Source: Acidobacteriota bacterium (GTDB lineage: Bacteria > Acidobacteriota > CAIWXX01). From it: a DNA stretch of 64,000 nt. Numbering within the stretch: the stretch's first letter is position 1; the number at the start of each line of letters is the position of its first letter. Positions 48,469-55,773 of the stretch are shown one piece after another. The position numbers were made by a program, and so were the translations under genes. The notes beneath the pieces are model-generated. The model was not told the DNA's origin, searched no databases, and worked only from the letters and a program-made list of their open reading frames with translations. The DNA lies in the NCBI GenBank assembly GCA_016191015.1, contig JACPPM010000200.1, positions 21,954-85,953 on the forward strand, written 5' to 3'.

Positions 48469-48948
48469 ATGAAGATTCGCCTAAATTCCACTCCATCGTC
48501 CAAGGAGCCGAGTCCGATCACTCCGCCAGTCATTCTTCATCTCAGCCCAGAAGTTATCGCATGCGCTGAGAAACAGCGGGAGGACTGCCTGAGAGAGCAG
48601 CGACGGAAAGAAGACGCTCTGAGAGCGGACGAAGAAGAAGAGGCACAACGAGAGGAACAGCGCCAATCGGGCGCGCGCCTCCATGAGTCTGTAGCTTTGC
48701 GGCAGCTGGCAAATGCTCGAATCGAAGAAGAAAGGGCGGCCCGAACGAAGGCGGACGAGGCGCACACAAGGGAAGAAGAAATCCGAAGGCAACGACTCGG
48801 TGAAAGGGAATCTGTCTCCGTCGGAGCCGGAGGTAAAACCGGAGGCTCCAAGGCCAAGGAGAATGCGGAGGATGAGGATGAGAAAGGCGGCTCAACCCCT
48901 TCGACCTTCATCAGCTTCTTCCGTCGTTTCTTCGCGCCCCGGGGATGA
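48469..48948 (+). CDS. Hypothetical highly charged (E/R-rich) protein
   Basis: Coiled-coil-like EEEEAQREEQR composition. Confidence 0.3.
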   Translation: MKIRLNSTPSSKEPSPITPPVILHLSPEVIACAEKQREDCLREQRRKEDALRADEEEEAQREEQRQSGARLHESVALRQLANARIEEERAARTKADEAHTREEEIRRQRLGERESVSVGAGGKTGGSKAKENAEDEDEKGGSTPSTFISFFRRFFAPRG

Positions 48949-48966
48949 CCGTTGGAACTGTAGGTC

Positions 48967-49034
48967 CCCCTATCCCCCGCCCGGGGTAACGCGGAACGGA
49001 GGCTCGGGCGCCGGCGCAGGATCTATGGTGAGAC
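48967..49034 (+). repeat. Element-internal repeat family B, full copy 1
   Basis: cccctatcccccgcccggggtaacgcggaacggaggctcgggcgccggcgcaggatctatggtgagac. Confidence 0.6.
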
Positions 49035-49063
49035 GGGGGAACGGAACAGCCGGCGAATGAAGT

Positions 49064-49315
49064 TTATAGTTGGCGCTCCTTTAGGTACTGCGCAAGTGCC
49101 TCGATCACAATATCGACCATTTCGCGTCGGGTGCTCGCTGCGGCCACCTTCAGGCGATAGTGGAGCTCTTCCGGCAAATTGAACGTAGCCTTTTTCATCG
49201 CCGCTTTTCCGAATGGCGACTGCGCCTCTATACGCTGTATAGCTGTAGCCTGTATGCCTGTATGTCCAGCCTGCCTTTGTCCGGTGACTCCTGCCAATCC
49301 TACGCGCTTAGACAT
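49064..49315 (-). CDS. RHH/ParG-like partition DNA-binding protein
   Basis: C-terminal RHH (KKATFNLPEELHYRLKVAAASTRREMVDIVIEALAQYL). Lies immediately downstream of parA on the same strand. The start could instead be the internal ATG at 49198. Confidence 0.5.
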   Translation of the reverse strand: MSKRVGLAGVTGQRQAGHTGIQATAIQRIEAQSPFGKAAMKKATFNLPEELHYRLKVAAASTRREMVDIVIEALAQYLKERQL

Positions 49316-49953
49316 TTTCTCAACTCCTTTACGAGTAGTCGCAATTCCTTGGTCGCCGCTGAGTGTGGCGCAAGACCGGAAACGGTCCGCCCCGCGACAG
49401 ATGCCTCTGCTAGGGCCACCCGTTGTGCTATTTCGGCACGGCAGACAGGCAGTCCGATGCTTCTGGCAGCTTCGCGAGCCTCATCGCCGATTGCCGTGCC
49501 GACGATCCGCCGGCTGATCACGATGTAAGCACGCAACCCCGCATTGCTGCTCCGGGCGCGTGCGATCATCTCCGCCATCCCTTCGCCGCTCCACAGGTCG
49601 AACGCAGACGGCTGGATCGGAACAAGAACGAGATCCGCGACAGCCAGGGCCGACCGCGTAATGCTCTCGGCGCCCGCTGGTCCCCCAGGGGGGCAGTCAA
49701 TCAGGATCATGTCGTACTTGTGGCGGAGTTTGGGCACCTCAGCATGGAGGATTGGCGCCGGCATAGCGACGACATGGAAAGGGATTGAACCCTCCGATCG
49801 AACGCCACGCCAGCGAACAACGGATCCCTGCGGATCGGCGTCAACGAGAAGTGCCTCAAGCCCTTCTTCCCCCAGGATCCCAGCCAATCCGAGCGCGATC
49901 GTGGTCTTGCCACATCCGCCCTTCTGGTTGGCAATCACAATAACGTGACCCAT
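49300..49953 (-). CDS. parA: ParA/ParF-family partition ATPase
   Basis: Deviant Walker A NQKGGCGKTT. ParA motifs VDADPQGS and ILIDCPP. 217 aa, small plasmid-type. Confidence 0.85.
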   Translation of the reverse strand: MGHVIVIANQKGGCGKTTIALGLAGILGEEGLEALLVDADPQGSVVRWRGVRSEGSIPFHVVAMPAPILHAEVPKLRHKYDMILIDCPPGGPAGAESITRSALAVADLVLVPIQPSAFDLWSGEGMAEMIARARSSNAGLRAYIVISRRIVGTAIGDEAREAARSIGLPVCRAEIAQRVALAEASVAGRTVSGLAPHSAATKELRLLVKELRKCLSA

Positions 49954-49990
49954 ATGTCTGTAGATACAGACTACAGCGATACAGCGATCT
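49954..49990. promoter_or_regulatory. CTGTAG/CTACAG repeat cluster directly upstream of parA (candidate operator or centromere)
   Basis: tgtctgtagatacagactacagcgatacagcgatc. Related CTGTAT repeats lie at 49225-49270. Confidence 0.5.
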
Positions 49991-50276
49991 TGTCAAGTCG
50001 CGCCGTGCGTCGCCGGCGCGAGAGAGCGACAGCGGAGTTCGGACCGCCGCTCGCCCAGAGTCCCTGGGCTCCCTCCTCAACCCCGCTGGGCGGGGACCCG
50101 ATGCCCCCTAGCCCCGTCGGGGAACCCGGACCCAGCGAGGGCGATGGACGACGAGGTGTCAGGACCTTCGCGCAGATCCACCAGGACCGTGGCTTCGAGG
50201 AGCCGCGGAATTCCGGACCTGCGCGCGGCCGGGCGGCCGTGCTACTCCAGGGGCAAGCCCCTGGACCCATGTCCCA

Positions 50277-50335
50277 CCTATCCCCCGAAGGGGGTAACGC
50301 GGACGGAGGCTCCGGCTCAGGATCTATCGTGAGAC
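50277..50335 (+). repeat. Element-internal repeat family B, full copy 2
   Basis: cctatcccccgaagggggtaacgcggacggaggctccggctcaggatctatcgtgagac. Confidence 0.6.
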
Positions 50336-50600
50336 ACGATCGATCGATCGACATAGCCCCGGCCGCGGGATCGGAAAGGAGTTGACTTTTGACCCCACAA
50401 GTGCCAACCTTCGCCTATGGGTACCCGTAGGGCAGACAGGACCGCGTTAGATCTGCGCGAAGCACTCGGCGCGTCGCAAGAGACATCGGATTTCTCCACC
50501 GCCTCGGGCCGGAAACGAATCAAGGCGAGGTCGTTGTGGAGTTCGATGGGCGGTTTTACCGCATTACGAAATTCGATTCAGCGTGAATTAGGAGGATCTC

Positions 50601-50978
50601 ATGGCTAGAATCCACGACACCAGCAAGAGCCTGCCGCGTGTGCGCGATACGAGCACGGCCCTCGCGTGTATACCAGCCAAGAAAGTGACGACGACCCTGG
50701 GCGCTAATCGTACGCCTCACTTGAGGCAGGGTGCAAAGGGGCCCATCAGCTTGCTCGCGTTAGCGGAGCTCCTGAGCCAACAGTTGGCGTCCACAGGCGG
50801 CCGACCAGGTCTCGCAAACGCAGAGCGGCGCCAAAAGATCCCTACGTTGAAGGGGGACTGGCAAAGGCTCAAGCATATCGCGTCCCAGCTGCAGCAACGA
50901 GGCGTTCCCTGCACACCGGGGCAGGTGGCGGGCATATTGCTCCACGAAGACATTAATTGGCTCGAGGCCGCGATATAG
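50601..50978 (+). CDS. Hypothetical protein
   Basis: Strong AGGAGGA ribosome-binding site. No recognizable domain. Confidence 0.4.
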   Translation: MARIHDTSKSLPRVRDTSTALACIPAKKVTTTLGANRTPHLRQGAKGPISLLALAELLSQQLASTGGRPGLANAERRQKIPTLKGDWQRLKHIASQLQQRGVPCTPGQVAGILLHEDINWLEAAI

Positions 50979-51325
50979 AGAGAGAAGCCGGAAGGACGCT
51001 CTCCGGGAAAAGCAACCTGAAGAAGAACGCCAGAGGAACTACGATCGCTAGACCGTTGACGGCGAAGCAGCGGCGGGAGGTTGCGGCGCTCGCTCAGCGA
51101 CCCGACGGCGAGATCGACTACTCCGACATTCCACCGCTCGAAGACAAGTTCTGGAGGGACGCCGTCCGGAATCCTTTTTATCGTCCGGTCAAGCGACAGC
51201 TCACCGTGCGGTTGGACGTGGATGTGCTCGTGTGGCTGCGCAGCCAGGGCAGGGGATACCAGACGAGAATCAACGCCCTGCTGCGTGAGGAGATGCTCAA
51301 GAGGATGGGCAAGAAAACAGCGTAG
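50957..51325 (+). CDS. BrnA/DUF4415-family antitoxin-like protein
   Basis: Family motif DYSDIPPLEDKFWRDAV...LDVDVL.WLRSQGRGYQTRINALLR. Start codon uncertain (possibly TTG). Confidence 0.5.
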   Translation: MARGRDIEREAGRTLSGKSNLKKNARGTTIARPLTAKQRREVAALAQRPDGEIDYSDIPPLEDKFWRDAVRNPFYRPVKRQLTVRLDVDVLVWLRSQGRGYQTRINALLREEMLKRMGKKTA

Positions 51326-51404
51326 CAAATCCCCCCAGACCCCCCTCCTAATACTAATATGCGCTGTCTCCGCAGCGCATCTATCTGATGCGGCTCAGAG
51401 TGAT

Positions 51405-51442
51405 GTTACCTGGGAGGTAACATTTGTTACCTCCCAGGTAAC
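51405..51442. other. Perfect 17-bp-stem hairpin (gttacctgggaggtaac-attt-gttacctcccaggtaac)
   Basis: Inverted repeat read directly. Lies between the brnA-like gene and brnT. Confidence 0.6.
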
Positions 51443-51480
51443 ATCCCTTCTCCTCGTGCCCGTCCTGCCATCCGGGCCAC

Positions 51481-51545
51481 GGTGAACCACTGCCCCCCCC
51501 CTGGGGGTGGAGTCGGCGGCAGAGAGCTTCCGGGATTCCTGCCGT
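51481..51545. repeat. Element-internal repeat family C, copy 1, with a C9 homopolymer
   Basis: gtgaaccactgccccccccctgggggtggag...gagagcttccgggattcctg. Related to 52225-52290, and the core recurs at 33970 and 36620. Confidence 0.6.
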
Positions 51546-51619
51546 GGGACGGTGGCGCTAAGAAGGAGCCCTCGCGCACAGCCCTGCAATTGTAGCTACA
51601 GAAGGAGTTATAATGGTTC

Positions 51620-51903
51620 GTGAGGTTCGCGTGGGATGAAACTAAGAATACGGAGAACATTCGGAACCACGGCTTCGACTTTGCCGATGTGTGGGAGCTC
51701 TTCGAAAATGCACTCCTCGTGGACCTGGATACTCGCGAGATTATGGCGAGGACCGGTGGATAGGGATCGGACTGCTCAAGAGTGTGGCGGTCGTGGCCGT
51801 CGTCGTGTTTGCCGAGAGAGGACCGGAAACCGTGCGAGTCATCTCGCTCACGAAGGCAACGAAGCATGAAAAAGAAAGATACGAAAACGCCGTCAAGGAC
51901 TGA
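51620..51903 (+). pseudogene. brnT: brnT (DUF497 RNase toxin) disrupted by a -1 frameshift
   Basis: The N-terminal part (VRFAWDETKNTENIRNHGFDF...) stops at 51748. The C-terminal part (DYGEDRWIGIGLLKSVAVVAVVVFAERGPETVRVISLTKAT) continues in the -1 frame. Confidence 0.6.
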
Positions 51904-52141
51904 CTGGAAGCGAGTCAAGGCCATGTCCGATCCTGAGATTGATTGCTCCGATGTCCCTGAGCTCGGCGAGGATTTCTTTGCGCGAGCGGTTCTCTGGCCC
52001 GGGCCCAAGAAGCAAATCACTCTACGGCTTGACCCTGACGTCTTGGATTTCTTCAAGCACCAGGGCCGTGGCTATCAACGGAACATCAACACCGTGCTGC
52101 GGCGATACGTCGAGCTCCAAAGGCAGCGACACGCCAGCTAA
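51866..52141 (+). CDS. brnA: BrnA antitoxin
   Basis: MKKKDTKTPSRTDWKRVKAMSDPEID...ITLRLDPDVLDFFKHQGRGYQRNINTVLRRYV. Overlaps the 3' end of brnT. Confidence 0.7.
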   Translation: MKKKDTKTPSRTDWKRVKAMSDPEIDCSDVPELGEDFFARAVLWPGPKKQITLRLDPDVLDFFKHQGRGYQRNINTVLRRYVELQRQRHAS

Positions 52142-52224
52142 AGCCGATTCCTCACAAACGATGGCACGCCCCAGCGTGCCATCGCCTCACCTCGTGACTT
52201 TCTCGGTGGGGCCGGAATGGATGT

Positions 52225-52290
52225 GAACCACAGCCCCCCCCTGAGGGTGGAGGGGGCTGCGGAGAGCTTCCGGGATTCCTGGAGTGGGGC
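52225..52290. repeat. Element-internal repeat family C, copy 2, with a C8 homopolymer
   Basis: gtgaaccacagccccccccctgagggtggagggggctgcggagagcttccgggattcctgg. Confidence 0.6.
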
Positions 52291-52340
52291 GGCAAAGACC
52301 AATCGTCCGGCTCGCCGCGTGAGACAGCTTGAAGACAAGG

Positions 52341-52691
52341 CTAGCGCAGTGGCAGGTACTGGACGCGCTGTGCCAGTTCGCCCGGTTCGGCGAGCACGGC
52401 CAGCAGGTGGAGATCGGCGACGAACTGCCCGATTGTCATGCGCAATTGGTGGGCATAGATCACGCCGGTGAACGGGCGTCCTGCATTCTGCCACGCGTGA
52501 GCATGCCTAAGGAAGTCCTCGTCTTGGGTCACCACCACCCTCTCGAGCTCGCAAGCTCTGGCAAGCACGGCAGCGTCGCTCTCGCCAACGTGTCCGTCCT
52601 GCTGGACACTCAAAACATCTATGCCAGCCATGCTCAGAGCCGCGGTGACCGCGGCCGGCACGTGCTCGTCCATGTAGAGCCGCAGGCCCAC
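52341..52691 (-). CDS. DUF5615-family (PIN-like) putative toxin
   Basis: About 116 aa with a conserved acidic/His core. Paired with an upstream DUF433 gene through an ATGA overlap. Confidence 0.55.
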   Translation of the reverse strand: MGLRLYMDEHVPAAVTAALSMAGIDVLSVQQDGHVGESDAAVLARACELERVVVTQDEDFLRHAHAWQNAGRPFTGVIYAHQLRMTIGQFVADLHLLAVLAEPGELAQRVQYLPLR

Positions 52692-53050
52692 TACAAGCGG
52701 CCCTCAGCCTTCATGCGAGCAAGGAATGGAGATTCGCCTTCTCGCGCGCGAAGATCCTCCACGCGTCGGACCTGGGCACCGATTTCTACATCCATCTCAG
52801 GCTTGTGATCGTAGTAGTACGAGAGCGCGGCATGAATCTGCGCCAGGCTGATCTGCCGATAGTGCTGAATGAAGATCTCCTCGGGGCTCCATCCGTGGGC
52901 GAGGTGATCGAGCGCGATCTCCACAACTTTGCAGGAGGTTCCCTCGATCGTGGCTCGTCCCTCCGCGTCGAGCCGGATATGTGGAACTGACGTGACAGCT
53001 TTGGACAACTTGCTTTCCTCCTCCCTCGAATATACTACGTGCTCTCTCAT
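52691..53050 (-). CDS. DUF433-family putative antitoxin
   Basis: DUF433-like region IRLDAEGRATIEGTSCKVVEIALDHLAHGWSPEEIFIQHYRQISLAQIHAALSYY. Confidence 0.55.
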   Translation of the reverse strand: MREHVVYSREEESKLSKAVTSVPHIRLDAEGRATIEGTSCKVVEIALDHLAHGWSPEEIFIQHYRQISLAQIHAALSYYYDHKPEMDVEIGAQVRRVEDLRAREGESPFLARMKAEGRL

Positions 53051-54204
53051 CCAGCTTTGCTGATCGGCACAATTTTCTCGGTCGTTCGTCTCTCAACGGC
53101 CTCGCGCCGTTCCTTGATATCCATCGGAGAGTAATGCAGCTCCGCAATCCGGACGTCGGTCCGCAGCACGCGTGCCGCCATAAGCAACCCAGCTTGCTGC
53201 GTGATGTCACGGCCGAAGGTTCTCCGGAGGTCGTGGATGTTAACATTCGGGATGTGTGCTGTCGTCCGGATCCAGTTCCAGTGGTTCTTCAAGTCTTGTC
53301 TCCCGCGATCCGGATCTTGACCGGGAAACACGAAAAGAGAACGCCTGGGTACTTGCCTGAGCTTCCCGATCGTATACGCCGGGAGTGGGACTTCCTGGGA
53401 TTTGCCGGCCTTTGTTTGCGGAAGTGTCCAGATTGCTCGCTCGAAGTTGATGTCATCCCACTTCGCCCTCAGTACTTCGCTCTTGCGAGCTCCCGTCGTC
53501 ACAAGCATGAGGAACGCGGTGCGTACGAAGGGTTCGGGAATTTGCTCGATCGCGATGAGGACGCGCTCGAGCTCCTCTTCAGTCAACGCCCGCTTGCGAG
53601 GGGGCGGCTCGGGGTACCGACGGACCTTTCTCGCCCGATTCTCCATGATCAAGCTGCGCCTCCATGCCTCTTGCAGGCATCCGCTCACACTGGCCAGAAA
53701 CCTGTTGGCCGCGGCGTTGTGACCTTCAGCAGCCAGCCTCGCTGCCGGCTTCTCGATGTCTTCCACGCTCACTTGGTCGAGTCTCTTCTCTCCGAATTCT
53801 GCCGATGCCTTGCGGAGATAATTACGGTCCTCTGATGGCCTTTTCTTCCGCAAAGCTATTCGCTCGAGGTACTCGGTGATCCATTCGCGCATCAGGGGTA
53901 TCGCCTGACGGCGTTGCTTATCAGCGAGAGGGTCGCCGCCCTTGATCACGCACGCGAGCTTTTCGATCGCCATCTGACGTGCGGCTTCAACCGTGAGGGG
54001 ACCGTAAAGACCGAGAGTGATTCTGCGCCTCGTCTTGCGACCGCCGTACCGCAGCACGAATGCCTTACGACCACGCGGAGCCTCCTTGCTCCCGGGATAG
54101 GCAACGACACCGAGACCGGGGATCTCGTTGTCCCAGACGTAAGCACGATCGCCCGCGTTTGTCTCGAGAGAGTCAATCAGGCGCTTAGTGAGTCGACCTT
54201 TCAT
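53047..54204 (-). CDS. int: Tyrosine-type site-specific integrase (P4-like)
   Basis: N-terminal arm-binding domain (LTKRLIDSL...AYVWDNEIPGLGVVAYPGS), a core-binding domain, and a C-terminal catalytic domain with a conserved H..R...Y region. Confidence 0.9.
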   Translation of the reverse strand: MKGRLTKRLIDSLETNAGDRAYVWDNEIPGLGVVAYPGSKEAPRGRKAFVLRYGGRKTRRRITLGLYGPLTVEAARQMAIEKLACVIKGGDPLADKQRRQAIPLMREWITEYLERIALRKKRPSEDRNYLRKASAEFGEKRLDQVSVEDIEKPAARLAAEGHNAAANRFLASVSGCLQEAWRRSLIMENRARKVRRYPEPPPRKRALTEEELERVLIAIEQIPEPFVRTAFLMLVTTGARKSEVLRAKWDDINFERAIWTLPQTKAGKSQEVPLPAYTIGKLRQVPRRSLFVFPGQDPDRGRQDLKNHWNWIRTTAHIPNVNIHDLRRTFGRDITQQAGLLMAARVLRTDVRIAELHYSPMDIKERREAVERRTTEKIVPISKAG

Positions 54205-54245
54205 CCTACTCCTCCTGTGTCAGTGCGCTGGTCAGTAGGTTGCTC

Positions 54246-54266
54246 GGGTACCACCAGGGTACCACG
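54246..54266 (+). promoter_or_regulatory. Tandem GGGTACCACC arm-type repeat, right end of element
   Basis: gggtaccacc-a-gggtaccacg, in the same orientation as the left-end copy at 30748-30768. Confidence 0.6.
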
Positions 54267-54381
54267 CACTCATAGTAACCCGCCGACACCAGAATACGCT
54301 TCACACGACTAAGTGTAACATAACTATGAATGTCGTCAACACCCAAATACGCCCGGCAACGTATAAAACGTTTACAGCCTA

Positions 54382-54430
54382 CTGACTACGAATCAGTAGG
54401 TCGGGAGTTCGAGCCTCTCCGGGCGCGCCA
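54382..54430 (+). repeat. attR: partial tRNA-Arg 3' half
   Basis: ctgactacgaatcagtaggtcgggagttcgagcctctccgggcgcgcca, with 3 mismatches to the intact tRNA. Confidence 0.85.
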
Positions 54431-54564
54431 TGTTTTCAATATTTTGCGAGAGATCGACCGGTTCGATGCTTCGGCTGGCGACCGCCGGGCAACCAGTGGG
54501 GTGGCAACGGCCACGGATGGCGCGCTTCACCAGCTCTCGCGACGCGATCTCCTCGCACACAATG

Positions 54565-54836
54565 GGTAGGTCCCGCCCCGGCAGCGGGAGACTGCGGCCC
54601 TCGCCCAGAGACCCGACAGCGACATCGACTATTCCGACATTCCCCCGCTCGAAGGCAAATTCTGGAGGACCGCCGCCCGAAATCATTTTTACCGCCCGAT
54701 CAAATGACAGCTCACCGTACGGTCGGACGCGGATGTGCACGTGTGGCCGCGCAGCCAGGATGGGGGTAACAGACCGGTATCAACGCCCTGCCGCCTGAGG
54801 AGATGCTCAAGAGCATGGGCAAGAAGACAGCATAGC
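54565..54836 (+). pseudogene. Decayed brnA-like (DUF4415) antitoxin copy
   Basis: About 85% nucleotide identity to 51040-51325. Contains an in-frame TGA and an indel. Lies outside attR. Confidence 0.6.
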
Positions 54837-54890
54837 GAGGACTCGAAATCCCCCCACAGCCCCCGTTGGGGTCGAGTCCGTCGCGCGCGT

Positions 54891-55526
54891 CTATGATCGT
54901 GCGGCCTGTGCCACCAATTGATCGAATCTGGCGATCAATCTCTTCGGAGCGTGCTTGAGCAAGTAGTCACGAACGCGCTGCGCGTCGATCCCTACGAGGA
55001 TAAGCTGCGACACATCCCGGTGATCATCCGGCCGGGGCGATTTGAGTTTCAGATAGACCACAACCTCAACGGGGGCCACCGCGATGCCCTCGCTACTGGG
55101 CGCGCTGGCGAACGCTTCCGCGAGGTGCTCTTCGCCCGGTCCGATCGAGAGATAGTCGATCGGCACGTCACCGACCATGAGGGGCACCTCCGGGTGCATC
55201 GTCACGACGCCGCCCTCGTGCTTGATGAATGCTTCCTCGCCCACAAGGTAGTCGACGTCTTTCGTCGTCCGGGGGTGACCGTAAGCTCCAACCGCCATCC
55301 CCCCGACGAGAATGTGTCGCACCCCGGCCTTCTTGAGCAGCTCGTTGGAAGTTCTGGCAGCGTTGACTATGCGCGGCGCGACCAGGTCGAAGACTCGGTT
55401 GAGGTCAACCTCGGCATCCTCGGTTGGCGGATTGATCTGGATCCGAGCAGAAGGGCCAGACGCGTCGGTATCGTCGGGGGGCTCTCCGCCGGGATCTTGC
55501 GGAGCTCCGAATCGTATGCTGGGCAT
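54891..55526 (-). CDS. Hypothetical nucleotidyltransferase-fold protein
   Basis: GG.A...G..R.T.D.D-like motif (LVGGMAVGAYGHPRTTKDVDYLV). Confidence 0.4.
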   Translation of the reverse strand: MPSIRFGAPQDPGGEPPDDTDASGPSARIQINPPTEDAEVDLNRVFDLVAPRIVNAARTSNELLKKAGVRHILVGGMAVGAYGHPRTTKDVDYLVGEEAFIKHEGGVVTMHPEVPLMVGDVPIDYLSIGPGEEHLAEAFASAPSSEGIAVAPVEVVVYLKLKSPRPDDHRDVSQLILVGIDAQRVRDYLLKHAPKRLIARFDQLVAQAARS

Positions 55527-55566
55527 GCTCTCACTTTACCACCAATCCAGCTCGCTGATCGGCGCG

Positions 55567-55757
55567 ATCTTCACTGTCGTGCGTTTCTCTGCCGCCTTGG
55601 GCGGTCCTCTGGCCTGGCCCAAAGAAGCAGATCACCTTGCGACTTGACCCCGACGTCTTGAAGTTCTTCGAGCGCCGGGGCCGTGGCTATCAACGGAACA
55701 TCAATACAGTGCTCAGGCGGTACGTCGAGCTCCAAGAGCACCGATGCGCCGGCTGAG
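55567..55757 (+). pseudogene. 5'-truncated brnA remnant
   Basis: About 88% identical to the 3' part of brnA at 51960-52141. Encodes ...PKKQITLRLDPDVLKFFERRGRGYQRNINTVLRRYVELQE. Confidence 0.6.
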
Positions 55758-55773
55758 ACGGCGCGCCCTGGCT

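Larger units (their letters stand above)
30702..54430 (+). mobile_element. ~23.7-kb integrative mobilizable element in tRNA-Arg, with an IncQ-like replication module, MobC/relaxase, coupling protein and Par cassette
   Basis: Flanked by a 49-bp direct repeat of the tRNA 3' end. Tyrosine integrase sits at the right end and an Xis-like HTH at the left. GGGTACCACC tandem arm-type repeats occur near both ends. Parts of the interior are visibly AT-richer than the flanks. Confidence 0.85.

Noticed and set aside
49945-50385. 146-aa ORF in the long intergenic region upstream of parA.
   Set aside because: Low-complexity Pro/Gly/Ser-rich product with no ribosome-binding site. The region is occupied by repeat family B and operator-like repeats.
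51636-51869. 77-aa ORF in the third frame over brnT.
   Set aside because: A frame artefact of the frameshifted brnT region. The two other frames carry the recognisable BrnT segments.
30702-54430. Prophage interpretation of the element.
   Set aside because: No terminase, portal, capsid, tail or lysis genes. The FN3-repeat protein is not accompanied by other structural genes. Replication, mobilization and partition genes indicate a plasmid-like element.
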